Source: Fimbriosthenelais zetlandica
Taxonomy: Eukaryota
Reading direction: 5' to 3'
NCBI GenBank assembly: GCA_977030845.1
Contig: OZ365112.1
Span: forward strand, 6,138,001 to 6,202,000
DNA: 64,000 nucleotides
The notes under the pieces: generated by a model
What the model was told of the DNA's origin: nothing
The model's database searches: none
Seen by the model: the letters and a program-made list of their open reading frames with translations, nothing else
Position numbers and translations under genes: made by a program
Shown: piece after piece, positions 1 through 10,904 of the stretch
Position numbering within the stretch: the stretch's first letter is position 1
Layout: every line of letters begins with the position of its first letter

Positions 1-2310
1 TCGTTTACAAAAGGTGGCCCATTTTGCCCACAAAATATGGCCCATTTTGCCCCTAAGATCAATATTCCTTTGGATGAGAAGAACATCCCGAATGTTCTAT
101 GAGGAATAATCACCTGTCTGACAAGGCTTTATTATTTTTAAAACATTGCTTTGCTTTTGAGACGAACAGCATTTATTCAGGTTTATACCCTAAATACAAG
201 GTTTCTTACAACCTGTAGGATTACTTGATTTTGCCTTGATTTACGGTATGTTACATCATTTATGCTGCCCCCAAATGGGAGTTTGAACCCGCCCCCCCAT
301 AGGATAATAAATCGGTGTGTTATATATTAAGTAGGTCCCCGACAATACATTATGCCCATTATCATTTGATTCTCCCAGAATGCAAGTATGTTTATGGTAG
401 CTGGAAAATGGGTTATATTGAGACCATTTTCTCAAACTTCAGACCCCATGTACAATTTGTTTATGTTTTTGTGACCAAATGCACAATTTTGGCCTGTACC
501 TGAAATTGTTCGAGGAAAAAAGCCATTTTACCCTAACAATTAAGGAAAGTGGAGAGAGAAAAAAGGCCCTGTAAAATAGATTTGAACAGGGCTGGGTAAT
601 GGCAGTATGGTAAGCCGAGTGGAAGGATCAATAGGAAAAAAGTGACTCAGTCTCTGCTTCTGTTATCTCCTTTTGTTCTCCCCCTCTCATCGGATCGATG
701 GAGGGGGGCGAGGGCAGGGGGGGGCGGGCAGGGGGAGGGATCTTTAATTAGTTCACTCCTTCTGTTTGCCCCCCATAATTATAGTGAGACTACTTGTCCA
801 TGAGCAAGTTTTGCCATAGTGGGTGGCCCATTTTGCCCACAAAATATGGCTCATTTCGTTTACAAAAGGTGGCCCATTTTGCCCACAAAATATGGCCCAT
901 TTTGCTCCTAAGATCAATATTCCTTTGGATGAGAAGAACATCCCGAATGTTCTATGAGGAATAATCACCTGTCTGACAAGGCTTTATTATTTTTAAAACA
1001 TTGCTTTGCTTTTGAGACGAACAGCATTTATTCAGGTTTATACCCTAAATACAAGGTTTCTTACAACCTGTAGGATTACTTGATTTTGCCTTGATTTACG
1101 GTATGTTACATCATTTATGCTGCCCCCAAATGGGAGTTTGAACCCCCCCCCCCCCGCCCCCCCATAGGATAATAAATCGGTGTGTTATATATTAAGTAGG
1201 TCCCCAACAATACATTATGCCCATTATCATTTGATTCTCCCAGAATGCAAGTATGTTTATGGTAGCTGGAAAATGGGTTATATTGAGACCATTTTCTCAA
1301 ACTTCAGACCCCATGTACAATTTGTTTATGTTTTTGTGACCAAATGCACAATTTTGGCCTGTACCTGAAATTGTTCGAGGAAAAAAGCCATTTTACCCTA
1401 ACAATTAAGGAAAGTGGAGAGAAAAAAGGCCCTGTAAAATAGATTTGAACAGGGCTGGGTAATGGCAGTATGGTAAGCCGAGTGGAAGGATCAATAGGAA
1501 AAAAGTGACTCAGTCTCTGCTTCTGTTATCTCCTTTTGTTCTCCCCCTCTCATCGGATCGATGGAGGGGGGCGAGGGCAGGGGGGGGCGGGCAGGGGGAG
1601 GGATCTTTAATTAGTTCACTCCTTCTGTTTGCCCCCCATAATTATAGTGAGACTACTTGTCCATGAGCAAGTTTTGCCATAGTGGGTGGCCCATTTTGCC
1701 CACAAAATATGGCTCATTTCGTTTACAAAAGGTGGCCCATTTTGCCCACAAAATATGGCCCATTTTGCTCCTAAGATCAATATTCCTTTGGATGAGAAGA
1801 ACATCCCGAATGTTCTATGAGGAATAATCACCTGTCTGACAAGGCTTTATTATTTTTAAAACATTGCTTTGCTTTTGAGACGAACAGCATTTATTCAGGT
1901 TTATACCCTAAATACAAGGTTTCTTACAACCTGTAGGATTACTTGATTTTGCCTTGATTTACGGTATGTTACATCATTTATGCTGCCCCCAAATGGGAGT
2001 TTGAACCCCCCCCCCCCGCCCCCCCATAGGATAATAAATCGGTGTGTTATATATTAAGTAGGTCCCCGACAATACATTATGCCCATTATCATTTGATTCT
2101 CCCAGAATGCAAGTATGTTTATGGTAGCTGGAAAATGGGTTATATTGAGACCATTTTCTCAAACTTCAGACCCCATGTACAATTTGAACCCCCCCCCCCC
2201 ATAGGATAATAAATCGGTGTGTTATATATTAAGTAGGTCCCCGACAATACATTATGCCCATTATCATTTGATTCTCCCAGAATGCAAGTATGTTTATGGT
2301 AGCTGGAAAA
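1..2310. repeat. Tandem array of an ~855-865 bp unit (about 2.5 copies in window, continues left)
   Basis: tcgtttacaaaaggtggccc recurs at 1, 856 and 1719; identical spurious ORFs recur (315/1180, 753/1616). Unit has internal GGTGGCCCATTTTGCCCACAAAATATGGC subrepeats, a variable poly-C tract and a G-rich tract (701-740). Confidence 0.95.
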
Positions 2311-2557
2311 GGGTAGAATTGACAATACGGGTCCCCCTTCATTCTGGCGCCGCAGGCCTACTCCCTTTACTCACAACCACACCTATGGGTCCCCCTTCAT
2401 TCTCACTACCACACCAACCACACTCCCTGGTCTCTCCACATCATGGGTCCCCGTCCTGTCCCCATCGCTTTTATGACCTCGACCTCTTTTAAATCGGAGC
2501 GCCCTATTTAAGTTATACCATCCGAGCATTAAGTGACCTACTCAAGGACGAAGGCGG

Positions 2558-2712
2558 AGGGGTGTGGGGGCTTGCCCCCACATTATAAAGAAAAAAGGAA
2601 TAATATAAATAAACCTAAAAGGGGGTGTGGGGGCTTGCCCCCACATTATAAAGAAAGAAGGAATATTATAAATAAACCTAAAAGGGGGTGTGGGGGCTTG
2701 CCCCCACATTAT
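2558..2712. repeat. 63-bp tandem repeat, three copies of a perfect hairpin TGTGGGGGC-TT-GCCCCCACA
   Basis: Hairpin starts at 2563, 2626 and 2689, separated by A-rich spacers. Confidence 0.95.
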
Positions 2713-2724
2713 AATATAAAGAAG

Positions 2725-3044
2725 GAACCATGACTTATGCCGTATAGAGACCCTTTTCCCACACTACTTTCTCGTACATCTCCAACCAAACCCGTCTCCT
2801 CTAGAAGTATCTTTCCTTATGGCTATCTTTCCTTCCAGGCAACTCGTACATTGTCCTCCAAAATCACCTAAAATAGATTCCTTCCTTAGAAATTCGTGCA
2901 ATTTATCTCTATCCAGACACAGATTTATTATATCCTCATATCTATGGCTATCTGAGGGTTTTGACCCTTCTCTCTGGTTGTCAGAACGTTTTTTACAATT
3001 TTAGATCCCCTTTTGACTCCTCTACCTTCTTCTCTTTCTGCCAT
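2725..3044 (-). pseudogene. Merlin transposase 5' fragment (Cys4 zinc-ribbon region) with frameshifts and a stop; DDE domain absent
   Basis: Manual translation: HRYEDIINLCLDRDKLHEFLRKESILGDFGGQCTSCLEGKIAIRKDTSRGDGFGWRCTRK*CGK / (frameshift) RVSIRHKSWF, matching the CxxC...DGxxWRCxxxxCxKxxSIRxxSWF pattern typical of Merlin transposases. Confidence 0.75.
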
Positions 3045-3251
3045 TTGTACTAAAGTGGTTACTTTCCCTCCAAATTCTCATTCAGTTCATAAATCCATCC
3101 CCTGGAGTTGACCTATTTACCCCTTAGTTTATTGCTATATGGTTACCGACACCCGGCTAATTCTACCATTCAAGGGCAGATGACCCATATTACGGCACCA
3201 GGTCACCACTTCCAAATCACATCTTCCTTTCACCCTACTCAAGAAGGTTGA

Positions 3252-3325
3252 TTCCATGGTGTAGTGGTTAAAGCGCCTGACTCACAGTTGCTATAACCAC
3301 TACATCACGGGTTCGAATCCAGCCT
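3252..3325 (+). mobile_element. tRNA-derived SINE-like head (Pol III A and B boxes), not a functional tRNA
   Basis: A box TGGTGTAGTGG (3257-3267), B box GGTTCGAATCC (3310-3320); extra internal sequence and no acceptor-stem pairing. Confidence 0.6.
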
Positions 3326-3414
3326 CATCCCAGGGTTGGACTCAGATGCAAATCTGGCTCCAAACCTGGGGTAGAGGTTGGAGAAGAGGGGGACCCGGAT
3401 AGTCAAAGTGTCCC

Positions 3415-4266
3415 ACCAAATGCACAATTTTGGCCTGTACCTGAAATTGTTCGAGGAAAAAAGCCATTTTACACCCCCCCCCCCTCCCTTTGAGTATTAG
3501 AATCTCCATGTGTCTACATATTTTTGAAAAAATTCCAAGTGGGGCAAATATTTAATGGAAACATATATAGTGCTACCTGGATGGTTATAAGTCAATGATC
3601 TTTTCTGTTCTGCATCTACTGTATCTTATCAAGTTTCAACTTGTTTCCACCGCCATATATAAAATCACCGTTATCTACTTATGCTCTACCTATGTGTGCC
3701 TCAATAATGAACAGATCATATGTAACTCAAGTAGGTTTTATCGGTAATGCTATTGTCATTCAAAGTGCAAACACACTAGTGAGGGGGGTTTCCCCACCAG
3801 CCACCAGCAGCGTCAGCTTACTACGTGGGTTCCAAAAGGTCCCTAACAATTAAGGAAAGTGGAGAGAAAAAAGGCCCTGTAAAATAGATTTGAACAGGGC
3901 TGGGTAATGGCAGTATGGTAAGCCGAGTGGAAGGATCAATAGGAAAAAAGTGACTCTCAGTCTCTGCTTCTGTTATCTCCTTTTGTTCTCCCCCTCTCTT
4001 CGGATCGATGGAGGGGGGCGAGGTTTCTTACAACCTGTAGGATTACTTGATTTTGCCTTGATTTACGGTATGTTACATCATTTATGCTGCCCCCAAATGG
4101 GAGTTTGAACCCCCCCCCCCCCCCATAGGATAATAAATCGGTGTGTTATATATTAAGTAGGTCCCCGACAATACATTATGCCCATTATCATTTGATTCTC
4201 CCAAAATGCAAGTATGTTTATGGTAGCTGGAAAATGGGTCATATTGAGACCATTTTTTCAAACTTC
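3415..4266. repeat. Rearranged fragments of the ~860-bp unit (3415-3472, 3841-4023, 4021-4266) interrupted by a 368-bp unrelated insert (3473-3840)
   Basis: Direct sequence identity with unit positions equivalent to ~474-531, ~531-713 and ~1054-1305. Confidence 0.9.
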
Positions 4267-5600
4267 ACAGATGTGACAGATCTGCGACAGATATACGACC
4301 TATCTGTGACAGATATGACCTATCTGTGACAGATATGACCTATCTGTGACAGACCAGTGATGTCTGCATATCTGACAGATCAGCAATTAGATCTGTGACA
4401 AATCAGCAACAGATCAGTCCCAGATGTGACAGATATAAGACGGATCTTCGGCAGATATACGACCGATCTGTGACAGATGAGTGATATCTGCATATATGAT
4501 CAGCAACAGATCTGTGACCAATGTGCAACAGATCAGTGACAAGTATTCAAGGCAACAGTCTTACCAATACTGGACTACAACTCTTGCATTTACCAATTTG
4601 CTAATGAGCAACAAAAACAAAAACTTGAAAGGCTACAGAACCGGGGCATCAGGATTCTTTGCCATGCACACAAATATGACAGCATAACAGATCTTAAAAA
4701 TAAACTAGGGCTGACCCCACTACAATCCAGAAGAGACTACTTCCTCCTGAACCTAATGTATAATAGATCCCGTGAATTGATAAATGCACCACGTGATACA
4801 CACCAAACAAGAAGATCCACCAGGCAAAGCTCCAAATATAATCTGCCCGTGCCGAGACCCAAAACAGAAACACTTAAAAAGGCCCATGCTACCGCGGTGC
4901 AACACTGTGGAATGCCCTCCCTGAGGAGATCAAATCACTCGACCCCCATGCCTTCAAAAGGGTACTAAAGTGACACCTCTCACACAAAGATTCTAACCAA
5001 GGTCAATACTGTTAAAACCAGCCTTGTCCTGTCACCCTCAATCATATTCCCATCGCCATCTCACATACACTCATAATCACCCACAAACCATTACCACTAT
5101 TCCACAATTCATCACTATTCAAAACTTTAACCTTTAATACTAACATCAACCTTTCTACTAACCCACTCAAAGCACCTCCCTCTCTAGTCTGCACCTAGAA
5201 AACAGCACCATGGAAAAGCCACATTCATTGTGCCCCGTGAGCCTTTGACCCTTTGTTCGCTGTATAAATATCCTAAATAAAAATTTTAAAAAAAAATGTG
5301 ACAGATCTGTGATAGTTATATGACCGATTTGTCACAGCTTTCTGCATATATCTGACAGATCAGCAACAGATCCATGACAAATCAGCAACAGGTCAGTCAC
5401 ATATGTGACAGATCTACGACAGATATACGACCGATCTGTGACAGGTCAGTGATATCTGACAGATCAATGTATATGTGACAAATCAGCAATAAATATGCAT
5501 ATCTGACAGATAAGTGACAGGTCTGTGACAAATCAGTCACAGTTGTGACAGATCTGTCAGATTTGTCGTTGATCTCTGAAAGATAAGATACCGATATGTG
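4267..5600. repeat. TGTGACAGAT-core degenerate minisatellite, split in two (4267-4540 and 5297-5600) by a LINE insertion
   Basis: Many tgtgacagat/gacagatc/tcagcaacag units; a higher-order block near 4362-4490 is repeated near 5340-5460. Confidence 0.9.
4540..5296 (+). mobile_element. 5'-truncated non-LTR retrotransposon of the L2/CR1 group (ORF2 C-terminus, 3' UTR, poly-A)
   Basis: Translation QVFKATVLPILDYNSCIYQ...LERLQNRGIRIL...LGLTPLQSRRDYFLLNLMYN...(frameshift)YRGATLWNALPEEIKSLDPHAFKRVLK* (TGA 4971-4973); AATAAA at 5277-5282 then an A-tail at 5288-5296. Confidence 0.85.
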
Positions 5601-5989
5601 ATATTATTACAGTAATGAGTGTGTGTGGTAGAATGTTTATAGTATATACTTCTGTCCTCACATGTAAGTTTTTCATTACGAGGCTATTAAAAGAAATCTC
5701 AAAGTATATTAAAATGAATGATTATGGGCTAAAACAGATATTTATTCACTGTTGGAAATGACGAGGGGATTGCCCTCAACTTTCTACATGCTCTGTGACA
5801 GAGGTATATTGGTCTGGATATTGTTTGGTATTTGAAATTGGTATTGTTTGCTATGTGTTATATTGATATATTCTATGTTTGAGGTCATTTATAGTGTTTT
5901 TAGATATTAAAAATGGGTTGGAAGTATTATGAAAAAGGCAGAACTGCCAGATTGCTTCCTCCCTCCCATCCCGAGGCTGCCTCCTCGGG

Positions 5990-6580
5990 GTGGCGGAGTA
6001 GAGACCATGGAGGTGGGAGCCTCAACAACCAAATGGATTTGGAATGAGGTGCGACATTAGCAAGCTAATGGCACCATATGCAATCTTTAAAGTCATTAGT
6101 CAATATAAGGAGTTTATGGTAAGAGAGCACCCGTTGGGGGCGATGGATAGTTATATTTAACTTTGAGTTGGTATTCACAAAGATCACAGGGTTTATAATG
6201 CTTTTATAGTGCTTTCATGTTTACGGTTATATAGTCATTTAATTATCCTTAAGTGATGTGGATAATCTTTAGATTAAGCTAACATTCAGAACCTGTAATT
6301 GAAAGTTTCTCCAAGAGTTTTGGTTTTTGTTTAAGATGTTGTTTTATTTCTTTTTTCGATTCAATTTCATGGATTGATGTGCTTGGATAAACTCGGTCTA
6401 TTCAAATATTTTGTGCTCTTGTAACAGAATTATTTTAGCCTTAACTTTGGTTTGTCTTCGGTGAAAATCCTGGGTGCAAAGCTTATAGTATACATTTTCA
6501 CTGGCGTTATTAGGGCACTTTTATGCGGAAGGGTGTCTGTAAGGTTCCAAATAAGTTGGTTATTTTTAAGGCTATGTTTG
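5990..6580 (-). pseudogene. Possible highly decayed LINE apurinic-endonuclease (APE) domain
   Basis: Minus-strand fragments in the expected order: LIWN, KIILLQEHK, ITIHRP, LLILTNDFK, HLVVEAPT (cf. WN, DIIxLQE, IYRPP, LIxGDFN, QLVxEPT), with stops, frameshifts and irregular spacing. Confidence 0.3.
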
Positions 6581-8664
6581 ACTACATTATTGGAACTTGA
6601 AAGGGAGGTACGGTATATATTATAATACTATAGAATTGAAGATCGATCTATATGACAGCTGATTTGGTATAGGATAAATTGTGAACTATACAGGTAGTGT
6701 GAAAACACGAGAGCTTATAATATCAGGGAAGCGATCCATCTTCACAAAATATGAGACCTAATGTACTGTATGTCAGCTCCTTGGGGTGGAAAGGGGTTCA
6801 TTGAATGCATGTGATAGGTTCTGGGGGGTTGTGTGTTGAAAAATTTATAGAAAGTAAATTTTGATAAAAGTATGTTTCAAGAATGTATAAAATATGTAGT
6901 TTTAATATGTACCTTTAATCGATCTGGCTGAATGTATAACAAGTAGCGTTGGTCAGACCACAAGGACTGTTCATAGAATGGTGGGGACCGAGGTAGTCAG
7001 AAGCCAATGAGGGGGTACAAGGCGGGTCCAATTCTCTAGATGCCCAATCGGAACTGACCACCCCGTTTATGAGTAAGATAATATTAAAAGTGGGGGAACC
7101 AGAAATCTTTCACTCAAGGTTAAAGTGACCATAGTAAATAGCCTTCTGATTTCTCAGTTAGGATTCGCGCCGAAAAAACAATGATTATAGCATCCTTAAC
7201 TATTGTATTAACTACCGTAATATTAGGATCCCTATACGTTGTACCTTCACTGAATAATTGTGAAAATACTAGATTTACAAGTGCTCTGTTTATCCATATC
7301 AAATTTTATAGAATGAAGAGACTGGAGTTAGTCACCCTAGACCTGACCATAACCCCTGGACCACACCACTAAGCACTCACCAGTTAGAGTTTCCCCCCTA
7401 GACTTGACCACAAACCCCTTGGCTATATTTATTCTTTATTCTTTTGGATAATCACTTATTGTGTCAAAGTAATCAATTTCAGGCTAATGTTTTTAAATAT
7501 GAGAGAACAAAACTAAACTCTGGATAGGTATTACAAATTGTAGATTCAGATATTCTCTATCTTATACTTAACTTAATTCTCTCAGTGCCAGGAGAGGCAT
7601 ATAAGTTTCACTGTTACATGTGGACTCAAATGCTTCAATTAACAGAGATGTTTCATTGCTTTCATTCAAAAGAAGCTGAACATTTCATTTTGCAATCAAT
7701 CTTCTCATTAAATAGAGGCCAAATGTTGTTATGATTGACCAGCAGAGTTATTCACTGAACAGTTCAAATAAACAATAGGATTAATGAAAGAAAGACTTAG
7801 GCAAGTCTCTCTCCAGGTGCTACTGCTGCAGGTGCTACCTTGATCCCCTCCAAGTAAACTTTGTCCTAAATTTTGTGTATTCAAAAGCATAAATAGAAAA
7901 AATTACTGGACTGCATAATGCAATACATGTATGCAAAGGTCTATTTATGTGCTTCATTTTATCTAATTCATACTAAGCTCTATCTTTAAAAATAAACTTG
8001 CCAGAGTGAAAAAAACATGAAAATATTGACCAAAATGGAAAATGTTTAAAAAATCATAACAAATCAACTTATGAGTGGAATGCATAATGCAATATAGGTA
8101 TCAACAGTTCTTTTTATGAACTTTAATTTATTTTATTCTTTTTAAGCTCTATCTTTAAAAATAAACTTTCTGGATTGAATAAACTGAAAATATTGGATTA
8201 ATTAGTTTTTACATTATCGTGACGTTATTTACGTCACATGGGTCTTCACCAAAAACTATTTTTCAGATATGCCCCTCCAAGAGGATTATTATTTACCAAG
8301 TGTAATCACTTTCTAACATTTCTTATCTGGGAAGAAATAGCATTTAAGAAATTTCATACCCCTGACCTAATTCCAGGTAACTAATTAGGTCAAAGGTCAA
8401 ATATGTAGGTCAACTTATAGTCCATCATGTATCTTTACACTACATACCATTCATCTTATTCTAGATCCGCATGGGTCCAAAAAAATTACAATCAAATTTT
8501 ACCAATTTGGCTGGTTTGGTGACGTCATATGACGTCATGTGATGACGTATGACATCCATTCATCACAAGTGACCACTCCTTACTATGGTCTACAATATGT
8601 GTGAAAACCAGATTCCTACCTCTAATATAAACCCGTTTTTCATCAAAAGTCTAACTACAACATT

Positions 8665-8695
<31 letters not shown>

Positions 8696-8824
8696 ACAAA
8701 TATAATAGTGTAGAACAACGAGCACAAAATCTAAAACCCCATTTTCCCCATAAAGGGGAAATGGGATTAAATAGGCCCAAGTCCTAAGTAGTGGTCTAAG
8801 ATTACCAATAGACGTATTTATCAG

Positions 8825-9756
8825 ATACAGTCAGTAGACAGTGAATTAGTCCGATTAGTCCGAAACTGGTAGTTTGTCCTGTGAGAGTGGTGCACATTCA
8901 AACACTTGCCGAATTGTAACCATTAAGAATAGATGGTGGTTGTTCGCAATTAAATAAAGTACTTATATCCTAACTTTCATTTATATTCGCCATAGCAATG
9001 GGATATAATCGAGCACTAATTAACACCTTCAGATGGATTCTTCAGTAGTGAAGGGGGTTTCCAGTCCAAGGCCATCAATATTACTCAGGGATGTCAACTG
9101 ACCATCATGTTGATTTTGCTTGTTTACCAACACTATAAAGGCAATGACAATTGACAGAAAAAAGAAATCCAGATTGTATTAAGGAAACCATCAGGACATG
9201 AAGCAGGTCACAGCCCCATATCATGTTATTTGGCTTTTTAGGAGCTCTCAGTTCCGGTACCAAATAATGATAATTATGTAAAATATATGTTACTGTAGAG
9301 GTGCATTTGGGCAATGAAAAGCTATAGTTTATTATTTAAACACATTTTGCAGTTAGTAATATAGTTGTCAGACCCAATTTAGACACTTTTGATTATTGAC
9401 ATTTAAAACCCCATCATATGACAGGGCACCGACCTGCCTTCATGTCGTGTGATCTTTCTTAATCCCCCTGCTATCTCTTTTTTCTGTCAATTGCCATTGC
9501 CCTTATAGTGTTGGTAAACAAGCAAAATAAACCTGATGGTCATTTGACCCCCCTAGGTGATAAAGCTGCTCCTGACTGAAACCCACTTCACTACTGAAGA
9601 ATCAATCTGAGGTTGTTAATTAGTGCTCGATTATATCCCATTGCAATGGCGAATATAATTGAAACTTAGAATATAAGTACAATTCGGTTTGAATGTGCAC
9701 CACTCTCATAGGATAAACTGCCTGTTTCGGACTAATTCATTGTCTACTGACTGTAT
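8825..9756. mobile_element. Foldback / long-TIR non-autonomous DNA element (~930 bp, diverged arms of ~340-400 bp around a ~190-bp spacer)
   Basis: atacagtcagtagacagtgaattagtccga (8825) is the reverse complement of tcggactaattcattgtctactgactgtat (to 9756); further collinear inverted blocks 8976-9068 vs 9573-9665 and 9100-9172 vs 9468-9545. Confidence 0.8.
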
Positions 9757-10423
9757 GTCTAAGTGTAGCATAATAGTATTATTATATTGGAAGGTAAAAA
9801 CTTAGTTTGTAAACAAACATTTCGTGTTGCTGCAATTGTCTTCCCCTTTTATATAATATAAGTTCTCAACATTATTACGCATGTACCCTTGTAAACGTCC
9901 ATCCCCTGGGATGTTCTGGTTCTTTTGGGGCTTACTATTACATCAAGAAAAATTTGTAGGCAAACTGTTTAAGATTGTAAGGGACGGCAGAGCACGTGTC
10001 CGCTCACAATGTGAAGCGACACGCAACAGTTTTTCATTTGTGTATTTTTACTTCTTCGACACTACAGATTCTTCTGTCTCACTTGTTCTAAAGGTTACAG
10101 TACAATTACTGACTTTCAAACGGTACTAGTTATTGGATGTAACACCATCTTTAAATCCTGTCATCTAGATGAAGGAGTCCTGTCTGCACCCTTTCTTTAT
10201 TTTGCGTCAGGTTCTATATTGAAATAAGCCTGTCTATCAGTAATAAATAAATGGATTGAGTTAGTGTTCCATGAAATGTTGATATTACCTTATGAAGTTA
10301 ACCCTTTCAGACATGTACTTTTTGATTAGCAGTAACGCATCTTCAAACCGTGAATGCGAATAAAAATATTATTGTACATATCAATACTGTCAACACAAAT
10401 TAATTTTCCCATTTTCTTTACAG

Positions 10424-10904
10424 GGAGACAACTGTCATATCTCCACCCCCACCCACCTCCCGTGCCCGGCTTCAAAACAAAAGAGCCGCACCATCTCCAT
10501 CTCCACCCCCACCCACCTCCCGTGCTCGGCGCCAAAACCGAAGAGTCACGCCATCTTCATCTCCCCCACTACAATCTCCACCCTCTCCACAATCACCATC
10601 TCCACCCCCACCCACCTCCCGTGCTCAAACAAGAAGAGCCGCGCCATCTCCATCTCCCCCACCACTCAGACCACCACCTACCAACAGACATCACATAGAC
10701 ATTACACTCCAGGATGATGTTTCACTGCCAGCCACATCTACCTCAACAATAGCAAGAAACAACAACACATCACCAGACGCACCCATTAACTCAAACAGCC
10801 ATGATGCCAGCCAGCTATCCCTGACCTTCACGATTGTCGTCGGAGGGACACAGAGAGGAGGGAACCTTCTCGTAGACAACATGGGACTCTCCTATGTCAT
10901 TAAG
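10424..10904 (+). CDS. Orphan exon: Pro/Ser/Arg-rich repeats followed by the N-terminal half of a FLYWCH-type zinc finger (probably Mutator/MULE transposase-derived)
   Basis: Acceptor ttttctttacag|G GAG, donor ATT AAG|GTATGT; 160 open codons with three SPPPPTSRA repeats, ending TFTIVVGGTQRGGNLLVDNMGLSYVIK. The WxC...H half was not found downstream. Confidence 0.55.

Larger units (their letters stand above)
2312..3167 (-). mobile_element. Internally deleted Merlin (IS1016/ISXO2-like) DNA transposon
   Basis: Minus-strand decayed transposase N-terminus (see pseudogene feature); short inverted ends GGTAGAATT (2312-2320) / AATTCTACC (3159-3167) starting with GG. No intact TSD visible. Confidence 0.65.

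Noticed and set aside
315-2492. Repeated 60-90 aa ORFs (MCYILSRS..., MIIPHRTF...)
   Set aside because: They recur only because the tandem unit is repeated; no domain similarity, so treated as non-coding.
1-4600. CRISPR-like repeat-spacer array (63-bp hairpin repeats, minisatellite)
   Set aside because: Eukaryotic context, spacers are near-identical rather than unique, and there are no cas genes.
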